Positions 37,170 through 48,202 of a stretch of DNA of 64,000 nucleotides are shown piece by piece. Under the pieces are notes generated by a model. The model searched no databases. It was not told the origin of the DNA and saw only the letters and a program-made list of their open reading frames with translations. A program made the translations under genes and the position numbers. Each line of letters opens with the position of its first letter. The first letter of the stretch is position 1. The DNA is from an uncultured Acidobacteriota bacterium (GTDB taxonomy: Bacteria > Acidobacteriota > Terriglobia > UBA7540): NCBI GenBank assembly GCA_963804995.1, contig CAWDSK010000006.1, positions 2,080,001-2,144,000 on the forward strand. Reading direction: 5' to 3'.

Positions 37170-40100
37170 TCATTCCCCCGCCGCTACGTCTGCGGAAAGT
37201 CGCTGGGCGGTTTCCTTAACCTGTTTCAGATCGAGTTTGCCGCTGCCGAGAACCGGCAAGGCGGGCACGGGGAAGAAGTTTTCCTTGCGCGGCACCCACA
37301 ATTTGGGAAGTCCGGAATCACGCATCCGTTTAAGCAATTCGTCAACCGTCAAGCCCAACTCCGTGTGCAATACGACGAAGCGCTCGCCCTTCTGATCGTC
37401 GGAAACCAACGTCACCACGAGCCGCGGCTCCAGGCTGCCGAGCGCACGATGCAGGGCGTCTTCCACCTGGACGTGCGAAACCATCTCACCGCCGATCTTC
37501 GAAAAGCGCGCCAGACGGTCAGTAATCTTGATGAAGCCGTCCTCGTCGAGTTGTCCTACGTCGCCGGTGATGTACCAGCCATCTTCCCAGATGACCTGGC
37601 GGGTTCGGTCAGGTTCGCCGAGGTAGCCGACCATCACACTCGGCCCTTTCACCAGCAACATGCCCTCTTGCCCCGCGTCGAGGGTCGCAAAGGTATCAGG
37701 GCTCACGATGCGCACGGCGACCCCGGGAATCGGGTGGCCGACAGTGCCGCGCTTCGCGCCCACCTGCTTCTGGTCGCTGCCGCTGTAGCCGGAGGTCTCA
37801 ACCGCTACCACCGGGGAAAGCTCGGTGCAGCCGTAGCCTTGAAATAGGTCGAGATGGAATTTCTCGCGGAAGACGTCCGCAAGCTCAGGCTTCATTTTTT
37901 CCGCGCCGACGATGGCCACGCGCAACGAGGCGAGATCCTCCGGCTCCGTGCGGCGCACATATTCCCAGGCGAAGGTCGGGGTAGTGACCAGGATCGTGAC
38001 GTGATACTTCCGGCAAAGTTCACCAATCTTGCGCGCCTCTAACGGGTTCGAGTGATAGGCCACGCCGAAACCGGAAATCGCGGGCAACCACAAACCTATC
38101 GTGAAACCGAAGGAGTGGAAGAAGGGAAGGATGCCCAGCAGGCAATCGCGCCGATCAACGTTGATCGCTTGTTGAACGCCTTCCAGATTGGACACGATGT
38201 TGCGGTGGCTCAGCATCACCCCTTTGGGCGTACCGGTGCTGCCGCTTGAAAAGATCACTGTAGCGAGGGAATCGAGCTTGACGTCGCGTGGGATCAGCCA
38301 GCGCCGCAGCAAGGCGGTGGGAATGAGCCGGGAGACGGCTGCCCAGATCAGCTTATCGCGCTTCCCAAAGCTCTCAGCCACCTCTTCGATCATCACCATG
38401 CCGGGCCGCCTCTCCATCCCAAATCGGTCCAGGAGTTTCTGGGAGGTGTAAATGGTTTTGATTTCGCAGCGCTCGACGGCCACATCCAGCGCCTGGTGGG
38501 AGGCTGTGTAGTTCAGGTTCACCGGCACGCGGCCCGACAAGCTGATGCCAAAATTCAGCAGCGCTGCCGGCACCGAAGGTGGCAACAAAACGCCGACCAT
38601 CTTGTCGCTCGCGCATTGCTCGATCACCCTGCGCCGGAACAAGAGCGCGCCGATGAGCGCCTGACCGAAGTTGACACGGCGGCCGAAAGAATCCGCCATA
38701 GCAAAGCGCCCCCAGTTGCGCCGCGCGTTGTCCAGGAACAATTCCGGCAGCGGACGTTGCGCCCCCTCACGGCGCGCGAAGGCATCGGCACTCAGAGCCA
38801 TGACCGCCTGCCGCACCTGGAAGGCGCTGGCGTTCCCCGCGAGAGGCGCGCCAAAACTTACCGTGACGCGGTAAGGAATGCGGCGTGGCCACTTGAAGAA
38901 GAAGTGACCGCGTTCGAAACTGAAAATGCTTCCCCACACGCGGTCAAGGTGTATGGGCACAATGGGAACCTCCAGGCCGCGCGTAATGCGCTCAAAGCCG
39001 CGACGGAAGCGCAACAGGTTGCCGGTGCGCGTGATCGCCCCCTCCGCGAAGATGCAGACCAGGTGGCCCTCCCGCAAGCGGTCCTGCGCCACGCGTAGGG
39101 ATTCCACCAGCTCGCGCGGCTTGTCGGTTTCGGAAATCGGAATCGCCCCCATCAACTTGGCCAGCCAGTGGATTCCCGTCGTCTCGTAGAAGCGGCGGTA
39201 CATGAGGAAGCGGATGAAGCGCTGCGTGCACGCGGCAATCAGAAACGGATCGGCAAAGGAGATGTGGTTGCACACCAGAAGGGCAGGGCCACGCCGCGGC
39301 AGGTTTTCCGCACCCCGCACCTCAATGCGATAGAAAGTGTGGGTGAGGAGGAACAGGCAGAGACGGATTGCGAAGTCGGGCAGGACGGTGAGAATGTGCG
39401 CCGTGGCCCCAAATGAAATCACCGCCATTACCAATAGAACCTGATTGGGTGGCAATTGGCAGGGGCCGGATAGGAACATGAAGATTCCGGCGCCCAGGAA
39501 TACGCCGGTGAAGGTCAGGACGTTTGAGGCGGCAATGACCCGTCCCTTGGAGTGCTCGCCGGCGTGCGCCTGCAAATAGGACTGGAGAGGAATGATAAAG
39601 ATTCCACCCGAGAAGCCCAACAAGAAATGCCCGAGGAGCGAGTAGGCATAGGAGTGAGGGGTGAAGAAGAGAAGCACTCCGAAGACGCCGAGGCCCACGG
39701 AGCCGATCGGCACCAGGCCCAGCTCCACCCGGTCGCCGGAGAGCTTGCCGGCCACAAACGCGCCCAATCCAATTCCGATCGATACCGTGGCGGTGAGGTA
39801 ACTGATGCCGGTATTACTCAAATGCAGAAGGTCCCGGCCGTAGCCGATAACATTCTGAAGATAGACCGCGCCCAGAAACCAGAAGTAGGCGATAGCCAGA
39901 ACGGTTCGGAAGAGCGCTTGTGAGGCTCGGATTTCCGCGAAGTCGTGCCAGAATTCGCTGAAGGCATTCCAACGGAACTTTTCTCCGGCGGCGATGGCTG
40001 GAACGCGGCTGATGCCCGTAGCCATGACGAGGCCCACCAGAGCCGTGCCGATGAGCAATGCGACGGGAATGTAGGGCCTGGAAAGATATGTGTCCAGGAG

Positions 40101-40604
40101 CAGACCAGCGGCCACCGGCCCCGACACAATCATGGTGTAAACGGTAAGCTGCATCAGACCGTTGGCCCGGGAGAGGTGCGAGTCCGGAAAGATCTGGGGC
40201 AGAATGCCTTCCTTGGCGGGGTCGAGGAAGGCCGCGTGGATGCCCAGCAGGAAGAGTACCGTCAGCATCGCGGTGACGTGCCCCACAAACATGGCGAAGG
40301 TGGCGAGCGCCAGCAAAGTCGCCTCAACAATCTTCATGAAGATGATCACCCGGCGCTTGGAGAAGTGATCGGCCACTTGGCCTGCGTAAGAGGAAAACAC
40401 GATGTAAGGCAGAACGTAGAGCGCGGTGCCGAGCGATATGAAAAGGTTCCGCCGGGCCAGGGAAGCCACGGTGGCGGTGACGAACAGGACCAGGAGTTGC
40501 TTGAAGGTGTTGTCGTCAAACACCGCCAGGGCCTGCGCGGCGAGCAGAAAGACGAATCCCCGGTTTTTCAGGACGTCCGAATATCCCCGCGAAGCAGTTG
40601 GCAT
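37170..40604 (-). CDS. aas: MFS (LplT-like) + acyltransferase + acyl-ACP synthetase fusion (Aas-like)
   Basis: N-terminal MFS; NHISFAD and FAEG acyltransferase motifs; SSGSTGTPKG, GYGCTE and GWYITGD AMP-binding motifs; ATG at 40604 has a GGGGAGG RBS. Confidence 0.92.
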   Translation of the reverse strand: MPTASRGYSDVLKNRGFVFLLAAQALAVFDDNTFKQLLVLFVTATVASLARRNLFISLGTALYVLPYIVFSSYAGQVADHFSKRRVIIFMKIVEATLLALATFAMFVGHVTAMLTVLFLLGIHAAFLDPAKEGILPQIFPDSHLSRANGLMQLTVYTMIVSGPVAAGLLLDTYLSRPYIPVALLIGTALVGLVMATGISRVPAIAAGEKFRWNAFSEFWHDFAEIRASQALFRTVLAIAYFWFLGAVYLQNVIGYGRDLLHLSNTGISYLTATVSIGIGLGAFVAGKLSGDRVELGLVPIGSVGLGVFGVLLFFTPHSYAYSLLGHFLLGFSGGIFIIPLQSYLQAHAGEHSKGRVIAASNVLTFTGVFLGAGIFMFLSGPCQLPPNQVLLVMAVISFGATAHILTVLPDFAIRLCLFLLTHTFYRIEVRGAENLPRRGPALLVCNHISFADPFLIAACTQRFIRFLMYRRFYETTGIHWLAKLMGAIPISETDKPRELVESLRVAQDRLREGHLVCIFAEGAITRTGNLLRFRRGFERITRGLEVPIVPIHLDRVWGSIFSFERGHFFFKWPRRIPYRVTVSFGAPLAGNASAFQVRQAVMALSADAFARREGAQRPLPELFLDNARRNWGRFAMADSFGRRVNFGQALIGALLFRRRVIEQCASDKMVGVLLPPSVPAALLNFGISLSGRVPVNLNYTASHQALDVAVERCEIKTIYTSQKLLDRFGMERRPGMVMIEEVAESFGKRDKLIWAAVSRLIPTALLRRWLIPRDVKLDSLATVIFSSGSTGTPKGVMLSHRNIVSNLEGVQQAINVDRRDCLLGILPFFHSFGFTIGLWLPAISGFGVAYHSNPLEARKIGELCRKYHVTILVTTPTFAWEYVRRTEPEDLASLRVAIVGAEKMKPELADVFREKFHLDLFQGYGCTELSPVVAVETSGYSGSDQKQVGAKRGTVGHPIPGVAVRIVSPDTFATLDAGQEGMLLVKGPSVMVGYLGEPDRTRQVIWEDGWYITGDVGQLDEDGFIKITDRLARFSKIGGEMVSHVQVEDALHRALGSLEPRLVVTLVSDDQKGERFVVLHTELGLTVDELLKRMRDSGLPKLWVPRKENFFPVPALPVLGSGKLDLKQVKETAQRLSADVAAGE

Positions 40605-41084
40605 GTGTTTCCTCCCCGGCACACAATCATTACGGTCGCCGCCCGATGCTGGAATCGCGCACATCGGTTCGGTCCGGACATTGAAATTCTGGGAAGGCCA
40701 TGGAGCGTGGGTGTTCGCTCTCGGCCATTCTAGAGCATTCGGCGCTGGAGCAAAAGTGCATTTCGGTGGCGCGGTGTTCATAACGGCCTCCCGGGGTAGC
40801 GCGCCCACGCCGCCAAGGCTTCGACCCAAACTCTCCAAGGCCATAACAAAGTTACGACGCCGAGTACCAGCGGTCCCACCACCACGACCATAATCTCGAT
40901 TCCCATGTTTTCCACCCTCGCGCTGGAGATTAAGCGAGAGACGCGGGGCGCGGCCACAGGGGGCGTTACAGTTTGCGAAGTGTCACAGGCGTGCGGTTTT
41001 CGCTGCAAGGCCCTATCCGGCTGACGTATATTACATTTCGCATCGAGCCCTGGTGCTGGCGTAAACTCGAGGCGGGCCATCTTT

Positions 41085-41981
41085 ATGGACATTCGCATCA
41101 GCCGGGAAAGTGAAATCCCTCTCCGGCAGCAATTGGCGGAGCAGATTGTATTCCTCATTGCCACGGACCAGCTCCGGCCGGGCCAGGCGCTGCCCAGTGT
41201 GCGGGAATTGGCGCGCCGTCTGAAGATTCACCACAACACTGTGAGCGAGGCTTACCAGGATCTGGTCAGCCGCACGTGGGTGGTGCGCCGGCGCGGCAGC
41301 CGCGTCATTGTCCGCTCGCGCGAAGCAACGGTCCATCCTCTTGCCGCGGGCAGCCTCAACGATCTGATTAACGAGCTGATTCGCGTGGCGCGTGAACAGG
41401 GCTATTCTCTCCAGGCATTGCGCGACCGTCTCCGCCAACGCTTGCTGGCTGAGGCGCCCGACCACATCCTGGTGGTGGAAGCGGATGCGGGCCTGCGCCG
41501 CCTGCTGGCGGAAGAAATCCGCGTGGCGCTCAACTGGCCAGTGGAGGTCTGCTCGCGCCAGGAGTTGGCCGCGAATCCCGGTCTCGCCATTGGCGCGCTC
41601 GCTGTAGCCGCGCACTATGCCATTCCCAACGTCGATGCGCTGCTGCCCCATGACCGTCCCGCCATTCCACTGGCTTTCTCAGCCGCAGATGAGCACCTGG
41701 AATCGATCCGCAAGCGGCGTGAGCCTTCGGTCGTCGCGGTGGTGTCAGTGAGCGAGGGCTTTTTGCAGACGGCGCGCAGTTTGCTGCCGCCCGCCATCGG
41801 CAGCCGCCATGTATTCCAGGAGTTCCTGCTGCCGCTCTCAGACCCCAAAGCCCTCAAAGGCGCCAACGTCGTCTTTGCGGATTCCCTTGCCGTGCGCGAG
41901 GTCAAACATCGCAGCGTCATTACTTATCGGCTGATTGCCCCGGCCTCACTCACCTACCTCGCGAGCGCCGTGAAATCCTAG
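41085..41981 (+). CDS. GntR (YtrA-like) transcriptional regulator with extended C-terminus
   Basis: LPSVRELA..L.IH.NTV..AY winged HTH. Confidence 0.9.
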   Translation: MDIRISRESEIPLRQQLAEQIVFLIATDQLRPGQALPSVRELARRLKIHHNTVSEAYQDLVSRTWVVRRRGSRVIVRSREATVHPLAAGSLNDLINELIRVAREQGYSLQALRDRLRQRLLAEAPDHILVVEADAGLRRLLAEEIRVALNWPVEVCSRQELAANPGLAIGALAVAAHYAIPNVDALLPHDRPAIPLAFSAADEHLESIRKRREPSVVAVVSVSEGFLQTARSLLPPAIGSRHVFQEFLLPLSDPKALKGANVVFADSLAVREVKHRSVITYRLIAPASLTYLASAVKS

Positions 41982-42181
41982 GCCGCGGCGTGGTATGCTG
42001 AATGGGGCCTTTGAAAACAGGCGCCAGGAATCAATCCAACCATAAGTGCGGTCCCGAGTGGATGGGAACTGTCCGCGCCCCCTGCATCATCTAATGTGCT
42101 TGGATCGCAGGACGCCGTTGAGTTGTGAGGTAGCAGTGACGCAGAGATCGCCCCGTCCACCCTTCGAAAGGTCATGACCCC

Positions 42182-42967
42182 GTGAAGAAACCCGGAAGCG
42201 AAAGTTACGTGGAGTTCCCGAACCACCAAGGCAAGACGTTGCGCGGCATGCTGCATCGGCCCATCGGGGTCCTTAACCGGCGGCGCGCCCCGGCCGTCGT
42301 AATGTTCCACGGATTCACCGGTGACCGAATGGAGTCGCATTGGATGTTTGTGAAGTGTGCGCGGGCTCTGGCGCGGGCGGGGATGGCGTCTTTGCGGTTC
42401 GATTTCTCAGGTTCAGGTGAATCCGACGGCGACTTTCGCGACGTGACTCTGCGCGGGGAGATTGCGGAGGGCCGCGCGGCGGTGGAGTTCGTGTGCAGCC
42501 GGAAAGGAATCGACCCGAAACACGTGGGGCTGCTGGGCCTTTCCATGGGTGGAACCGTCGCGGCCACGCTTGCGCACAGCCTCAATGTCAGTTCCGTGGT
42601 GCTCTGGAGCGCGCTGGCGCACACGGCGCGACTTCGCGAACTGATGGCGAAGTCCGTCAAGCCCATTCCCGGCAAACATGGGGCGGTCGAATACGAAGGG
42701 CGCGAAATTTCCCCGCGCTTCCAGGACAACGCTCTGAAGGTTGAGCCCATCCGGCACATCAAACAATACAAAGGTCCCACGCTCGTTATCCATCCCGAAA
42801 AGGACGAGACGGTGCCGCCTTCCCATGCGCGAGACTTTTACCAGGCGGTGGGGACGAAAATCAAAGAGCTCGTCACGATCCCCGGCGCCGACCACGTGTT
42901 CACGTCCATTCCCTGGGAACGCGAAGTCATTGACCGCACCGTGCAGTGGTTCGGACGTTATCTTTAG
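42182..42967 (+). CDS. alpha/beta hydrolase
   Basis: HGFTG, RFDFSGSGES, GLSMGG, DETV, GADH. Confidence 0.92.
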   Translation: MKKPGSESYVEFPNHQGKTLRGMLHRPIGVLNRRRAPAVVMFHGFTGDRMESHWMFVKCARALARAGMASLRFDFSGSGESDGDFRDVTLRGEIAEGRAAVEFVCSRKGIDPKHVGLLGLSMGGTVAATLAHSLNVSSVVLWSALAHTARLRELMAKSVKPIPGKHGAVEYEGREISPRFQDNALKVEPIRHIKQYKGPTLVIHPEKDETVPPSHARDFYQAVGTKIKELVTIPGADHVFTSIPWEREVIDRTVQWFGRYL

Positions 42968-42973
42968 GCACGG

Positions 42974-43007
42974 CGGGGGCTGGATCGCTTGCCCCCGAGC
43001 CCTTTTT
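42974..43007 (+). terminator. possible intrinsic terminator
   Basis: CGGGGGC/GCCCCCG stem followed by a T5 tract. Confidence 0.4.
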
Positions 43008-43241
43008 GGTGCTGTTCTAAGTTAGTGAGGACAGGCATTTGACTTTCGTTTCGCACCGCATGGGTCCGCGATCGGGCTCACCCGGATTAGTCCCCAAAAG
43101 TTGGAACAACAGTACCCAATTTGTTTCAAGAGGATAAGCGTGGTAACCTTTTTACCGCTTGGCGCGTCACATGAATGACGCCTCAAATTCTCACCCCTTG
43201 ATAAAGATCAAGTGTAATAATGCCGATAAGGGAATAGGGGA

Positions 43242-44027
43242 TTGGCCGCAACTATGGTGTATCGACTCCAGTGGACGCTGCACTTGGTTCTTGCCGCATA
43301 TGTAATCCTTGCCGCCGCCCTTTCATCGGCTGTTGCGCAAGAAGCGCCGCAGGCGCCCACGGGAGCAACTCCGCAAGTCCAATCTGAGACTAAGACCAAG
43401 AAAGCAGATACTCCGCCAGACCCCGCAAAACCCCAGAATGACCGGATTTTCTTTGCCTTGCCCAACTACCTGACCGTAGAAAACGCTTCCTCACTCCCCC
43501 CGCTTACTGCCAAGCAAAAATTCAAGATACAAGCCCTCGGCACTTTCGACCCCGTGGAATTGACCTACATTGGCATTGCCGCAGGCATCAACCAGTTCAG
43601 CAACAGTGAGCCTGCCTATGGGCAAGGATTTGTCGGCTATGTGAAGCGCTATGGGACATCGTTTGGCGACACCATGATCGGAAACTTTATGACCGGCGCT
43701 GTGTTCCCTACACTGTTGCGGCAGGATCCTCGCTACTATCAAATGGGAAAGGGAAGGTTCATCCACCGCGCTGCCTACGCCGCTTGCCGGGTTTTCGTCA
43801 CCCGCTCGGATTCCGGTCACAAAGAGTTCAACTTTTCCGAACTCCTCGGCAATGGCGTGGCAGCCGGGATTTCCAACGCCTACCATCCTCGGCCCCGGAC
43901 ATTCATGAATAGCGTGAGTATCTGGGGGACACAGATCGCCTGGGACGCAACTTCTTATGAACTGAAAGAATTCTGGCCCGACCTTCACCGCAAGTTCCGC
44001 AGGCACGCCTCAGCGCCATCACAATAG
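43242..44027 (+). CDS. exported hypothetical protein of a type common in Acidobacteriota
   Basis: Signal peptide; PLTAKQKF, YGQG..GY.KRYG, QDPRY, SNAYHP, EFWPD pattern. Confidence 0.75.
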   Translation: MAATMVYRLQWTLHLVLAAYVILAAALSSAVAQEAPQAPTGATPQVQSETKTKKADTPPDPAKPQNDRIFFALPNYLTVENASSLPPLTAKQKFKIQALGTFDPVELTYIGIAAGINQFSNSEPAYGQGFVGYVKRYGTSFGDTMIGNFMTGAVFPTLLRQDPRYYQMGKGRFIHRAAYAACRVFVTRSDSGHKEFNFSELLGNGVAAGISNAYHPRPRTFMNSVSIWGTQIAWDATSYELKEFWPDLHRKFRRHASAPSQ

Positions 44028-44270
44028 GTTCAGCCCGGAAATCTCACCACGGTTCTGGAAGGGCGGCTTGCCGCCACAATCAGCACCACCCCTTTATCTT
44101 GTCAGCACCACCCCGGCGCTCTGAGCGCCACCCCTCCTCATCTGAGGCGGGGAGTTCCTTAACCACTCCCCTCCTGATTTAGGAGGGGTGGCGCGCCGAG
44201 CGACGGGGTGGTTACACGAGCCCCTCAGGCAACGGGGTGTTTACCGGCAGCGCCTACCTCGCCCACCGCG

Positions 44271-46265
44271 CTATTTCCCGGTTATCTGGGAATAGCGCAG
44301 CTCCTGTTTCACGATGTCACGCGGATAGGCAATCTCCACGTCGTCGATTCTGCCGCCCGCCCCGAAGACCGGGTTGAGGATAGGATTGACGCCGCACCAG
44401 AAGGTGGGCAGATCGAGCCGCTTGAAGCGCGCGAGGACCTGGTCACGCCAGGCGGTATTGAAGTGAATGCCATACTGGTTAATGAGCGCCTTCGCCCCGT
44501 CGTAATCGCCTTCGGCCTTGATGCGCATCAGCTCCGCCAGCAGCATGCCCACGCCCTTACGCATCTGGTCATAGTCTTTCACCGCCAGGTAAACCTTGCC
44601 ATCGCGCTCGATGATCTGGATAGCGCCGGTCTTCTCGCGAATGTAGTGGACGATAAGCTGGGTGCCGCGCCGGTGGTCTTCCTCGATGGTGTCGCCCGTG
44701 GGGAACTCACGCAACTGGGTGAGCGCCGCGCGCGCTTCGCCGTCGTAAGCGGCCTTGGCGACTTCGAGATCAGGGATGGCGTGGATTTCCACGAGCTTGG
44801 GGTCGAAGAAATTCCACAATGCAACGAGGTCAGCGCGGGCTTCCTCGAGCGTCGAGTAATACTCCTTGAGGTAGACGGCCGGTTCCTGGGTGAGTTTCGG
44901 ATTCATCTTGCCGGAGCCGTGGCCCAGCACTTCGTGCATGGCGGTGTAGAGATCGTTCGCCAGGGCCTGGTATTTCTCCGCCCGCGCGCGCTCCTCGTCG
45001 GAAGAGGCGAACTCGCTGGTGGCCTTCATGCCCCGCGCTGCTGTCAGGGCGCGCGTGGTTCCGGTAAAGATGAAACTCTTGCTGCCATACTTGTCGTGGA
45101 TTTCCGCTTCGTTGGGCAGATTTTCGCCGATGGTGGTAACGTCGAAATCCGCGGTCTCAATCAGCGCCTCCACGGTGTTCACGATGGGCGGATGCGGCGC
45201 CTCCATCTTGTACTTGTTGTCCCAGGGTGCGCGTTGCTCAAAGTACTTGGCGTTGGCGGCAAATTCCTTCATCAACTTGTTCATCTTCTCGTCGACGACG
45301 GTTACGTAAGCCTGCGCCGCCCCCTTCAATCCACGCGCGTCCTTGTAAACCTCAATGAAGCCGTTGGTGAAGTCCACCGGGGAGTCATCGTGCACCCAGT
45401 CGATATTGAACTGCCGCCAGTCCGCCGGGTCGCCGGTCTGGTAGTACTGGATCAGATCCCGCAGGACTTTTTTCTTGGCCGTGTCGGCATAGGGCAAGGC
45501 CAGCGTCAGATAGCGAATGGCGCGGTTCAGTTCCGCGGCATAGAGGCCCTGCGGAATCTTCCCGTTCATATTTCCGGTGCGATAGACCTGCTCGATGAGT
45601 TTGCCGTCTTTTTTCACCAGGCGCGAGTTGAGCGGATACTTATCGTGAAAGTCCGTCAGGTCGCTCGTCGCCACGCCCTCGTAAAGATTATTGCCGCTGG
45701 CCACAAGCGGGTCCTCGCCGTTCTTGGGATTCTTCAGCGTGAGGTAGGGCTGAAAGTCAGCGTCGAAGATCGGCTTGCGCAGGTCTTCAAGCTGCTTGTG
45801 GAGCTTGGCCAGCGGGCCCAGCGCGGCGCGATTCCTGAGAGCTTGCTCAGCCGCCGCTTGCAGTTCCTCGTAAGTGAACTCCGGCAGAAACTTCTGCGAG
45901 GTGAAGGAGTTGTGGTTCCCGTGATTCCCCCAATAGAGCTTGGTGTAGTCGGTCAGCTTCTTGAGGACGACCGGGTCAATGCCCCGCGAATGCGTCACGA
46001 TCTCTTCGAGCAGGCGCTTCAGTTCCAGGCCGTATGCGGAGTTCTGGTCGTAAACAATGGGGTCGATGGCGATAGCGGCCAGAGAAAGGAAGTGCGCCAA
46101 CACCTTCTGCTCGCGCGGCAGATCCTTGAAACTCTCCGCCTCAAGCTGCACGAAGCCCGTCTGGCCAACCCGGTCTACCAGAGGGGAAGGCGGGGATGAC
46201 TCCTGGGCGAAGACCACTTGTCCTACCAGAAGTGTAAGCATACAGAGCACGATTTCGTTGCGCAC
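44271..46265 (-). CDS. peptidase M49 (dipeptidyl peptidase III-like), secreted
   Basis: HEVLGH Zn motif, EEARAD, GFIEVY, IGENLPN. Confidence 0.93.
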   Translation of the reverse strand: MRNEIVLCMLTLLVGQVVFAQESSPPSPLVDRVGQTGFVQLEAESFKDLPREQKVLAHFLSLAAIAIDPIVYDQNSAYGLELKRLLEEIVTHSRGIDPVVLKKLTDYTKLYWGNHGNHNSFTSQKFLPEFTYEELQAAAEQALRNRAALGPLAKLHKQLEDLRKPIFDADFQPYLTLKNPKNGEDPLVASGNNLYEGVATSDLTDFHDKYPLNSRLVKKDGKLIEQVYRTGNMNGKIPQGLYAAELNRAIRYLTLALPYADTAKKKVLRDLIQYYQTGDPADWRQFNIDWVHDDSPVDFTNGFIEVYKDARGLKGAAQAYVTVVDEKMNKLMKEFAANAKYFEQRAPWDNKYKMEAPHPPIVNTVEALIETADFDVTTIGENLPNEAEIHDKYGSKSFIFTGTTRALTAARGMKATSEFASSDEERARAEKYQALANDLYTAMHEVLGHGSGKMNPKLTQEPAVYLKEYYSTLEEARADLVALWNFFDPKLVEIHAIPDLEVAKAAYDGEARAALTQLREFPTGDTIEEDHRRGTQLIVHYIREKTGAIQIIERDGKVYLAVKDYDQMRKGVGMLLAELMRIKAEGDYDGAKALINQYGIHFNTAWRDQVLARFKRLDLPTFWCGVNPILNPVFGAGGRIDDVEIAYPRDIVKQELRYSQITGK

Positions 46266-46756
46266 GATTGCCCCCCTAGTGTTCGGAATGTTGTTTTATA
46301 CCAGACTCCCAGCGCCTGAGGCCAGCAGAGAATCCCTGTCCTTATACGAACGTCGTGCCGGCCTTATGGTTTTTGAGTTCCTGGAATTCTCAAACGCCCC
46401 GAACCCCCAAGTGACCCCTCACCCGTCCCGCTCCGGCTGGTAAATGCGCCGGCAGCGGTCCACCCTCTCCCCCCGGAGAGGGCTAGACATCGTAAATCCC
46501 AGCGTTCTCCCTGGGGAAAAGGCCATTATCCGGTTCCGGTCAGGAGAGGGTTATCTCGAAGCCCCCCGAATTGGAGAACCATTCTCTGTGTATGCCGAAC
46601 GAGCACCCCACCTTGAATAACAGCCCTCTCCGAGGGGGAGAGGGTGGACCGCAACCGGCGTTTTCATCAGCCGGGGCGGGACGGGTGAGGGGTTACTTCA
46701 TCATCCGATGAACCGACCCGTACCCAACTAGTTTGTTTGCGGCTCCGCCGCCAGCC

Positions 46757-48202
46757 CTACCCCTGCTCTTTTTCCGCCAAAGCAACGATGCGAGCCAACC
46801 CCGCCAGCACCTGCGGTTCCAGGCGAGGTTCCGGCGGGCTCTTCAGAATCGTCTTCACACGTTCTGCCGCCAGTTCCGCGGAGCTCTTCGCTCCGGCCTC
46901 CATCCAGGCCTCAGGATTCAGCCGCGTCGCGAGCCGCGAAAAGCGAAACTCCCGGCGCATGTATTTCAGGGTGTGGGGTTCCGCCAGGTAATGGTGATTG
47001 GGGCCTACCGCCGCGATCACCTCCAGCCCCAGCGTATCGGCGTTAACGTCAATCCCTTCGCACATGCGGAAGATCCGCTCATAGATGTCGTCGTCGATGA
47101 CCAGTTGTTCCAGGCTGGCGGTCCCCACGGTCGCGAGACTTCCTGCTCCTCCATTCAAGACCGCGCCACTGAGCACGGCGGAATACCCCGTAATCAATTT
47201 CTCCACGGCGGACTGTGCGTCACAAATATGCGAGTCCGTCGTCAAGCCGTTGCTGGCAGTGGGAATTCCATAGCTCCGGCCCAAGTCAACCAATGCAGCC
47301 GCCAGCAGGCCAATCTCCGTATAGCCCATGGAGGCGATGCTGGTGGTCATGTCGAGCACGACGGGGTGGCCGGCGTAGATGATTTTCGTCCCGGGCCGGG
47401 CGAGTTGCGCCACCACGATACCTGCCAGGATTTCCGCATTCATGATGACCAGAGTCCCCGCCAGCGTGATGGGGGCGGTGGCGCCGGTGACCGCGGAAGA
47501 ATTAACGATGATGGGCCAACCGTAATCCGCCGCCGCCAGCACCACATCCATCTGGCCCTGGGAGTAAATGAGCGGGCTGTTGCAGGAGGACATGACGATG
47601 GCTTTGGGGGCTCGCTGGTCCGGAAGCGCTTCGAGCATGCGGACCACCCACTGGATGGTGCGGCCGGAAAAAGGCGCCATCAGGATGGGCTTGGTCGCAA
47701 GGCGCAGCATCGCTTCCGCCGCCCACACGTCGCGAACCTCAAGCGGCACATCCCAGGGGTAGAGTCCGGTGACGAGAGAAAGATTCGGAAGAGCCTCGAC
47801 AACCCGGACCCATGCCTCCAGGTCCTTCCTCAACACCTCGCGGCGCCGCTTCACGTCGTGGTCCGCGATCCAATCGAGCGACATGACCGGTCGCCCCCGC
47901 GGCGGGCTGGTGGGGCTGAGAACCATGTCCCTGGACGGGTGTTGGCCTGTCACCAGAAATTCCGAGGGGACGGTGCGCAAGGTTTTCTCCACCAGCGACG
48001 CCGGGATTTTAGCGTGGTGAGTTCCGGAGGCGACGGTTGCGCCCGCTTCTGCCAGCAGGGTGAGCGCCCTCGGGTGCTCGATCAGAATTCCCACTTCTTC
48101 CAGGACCCGCAACGAACCCTGGCGGATGGAATCAACGTCTTCCTCCGTCAGAACTTGTCGGCGCAAGAGTCTGTTGTGACGTGTAGCGTTTTGTGTCCCC
48201 AT
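46757..48202 (-). CDS. trimethylamine methyltransferase (MttB) family protein, non-pyrrolysine
   Basis: SPL, GATAPITLAG...NAEILAG, PG...Y, D.QSA.EK, EQLVIDD; no in-frame TAG. Confidence 0.9.
   Translation of the reverse strand: MGTQNATRHNRLLRRQVLTEEDVDSIRQGSLRVLEEVGILIEHPRALTLLAEAGATVASGTHHAKIPASLVEKTLRTVPSEFLVTGQHPSRDMVLSPTSPPRGRPVMSLDWIADHDVKRRREVLRKDLEAWVRVVEALPNLSLVTGLYPWDVPLEVRDVWAAEAMLRLATKPILMAPFSGRTIQWVVRMLEALPDQRAPKAIVMSSCNSPLIYSQGQMDVVLAAADYGWPIIVNSSAVTGATAPITLAGTLVIMNAEILAGIVVAQLARPGTKIIYAGHPVVLDMTTSIASMGYTEIGLLAAALVDLGRSYGIPTASNGLTTDSHICDAQSAVEKLITGYSAVLSGAVLNGGAGSLATVGTASLEQLVIDDDIYERIFRMCEGIDVNADTLGLEVIAAVGPNHHYLAEPHTLKYMRREFRFSRLATRLNPEAWMEAGAKSSAELAAERVKTILKSPPEPRLEPQVLAGLARIVALAEKEQG

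Noticed and set aside
44208..46199. Long antisense ORFs (also 2784-4019, 23690-25072, 46733-48376, 53750-55339)
   Set aside because: Shadow frames opposite well-supported genes in GC-rich DNA; no motifs
46757..48202. Pyrrolysine recoding in MttB
   Set aside because: ORF is continuous, with no in-frame amber codon
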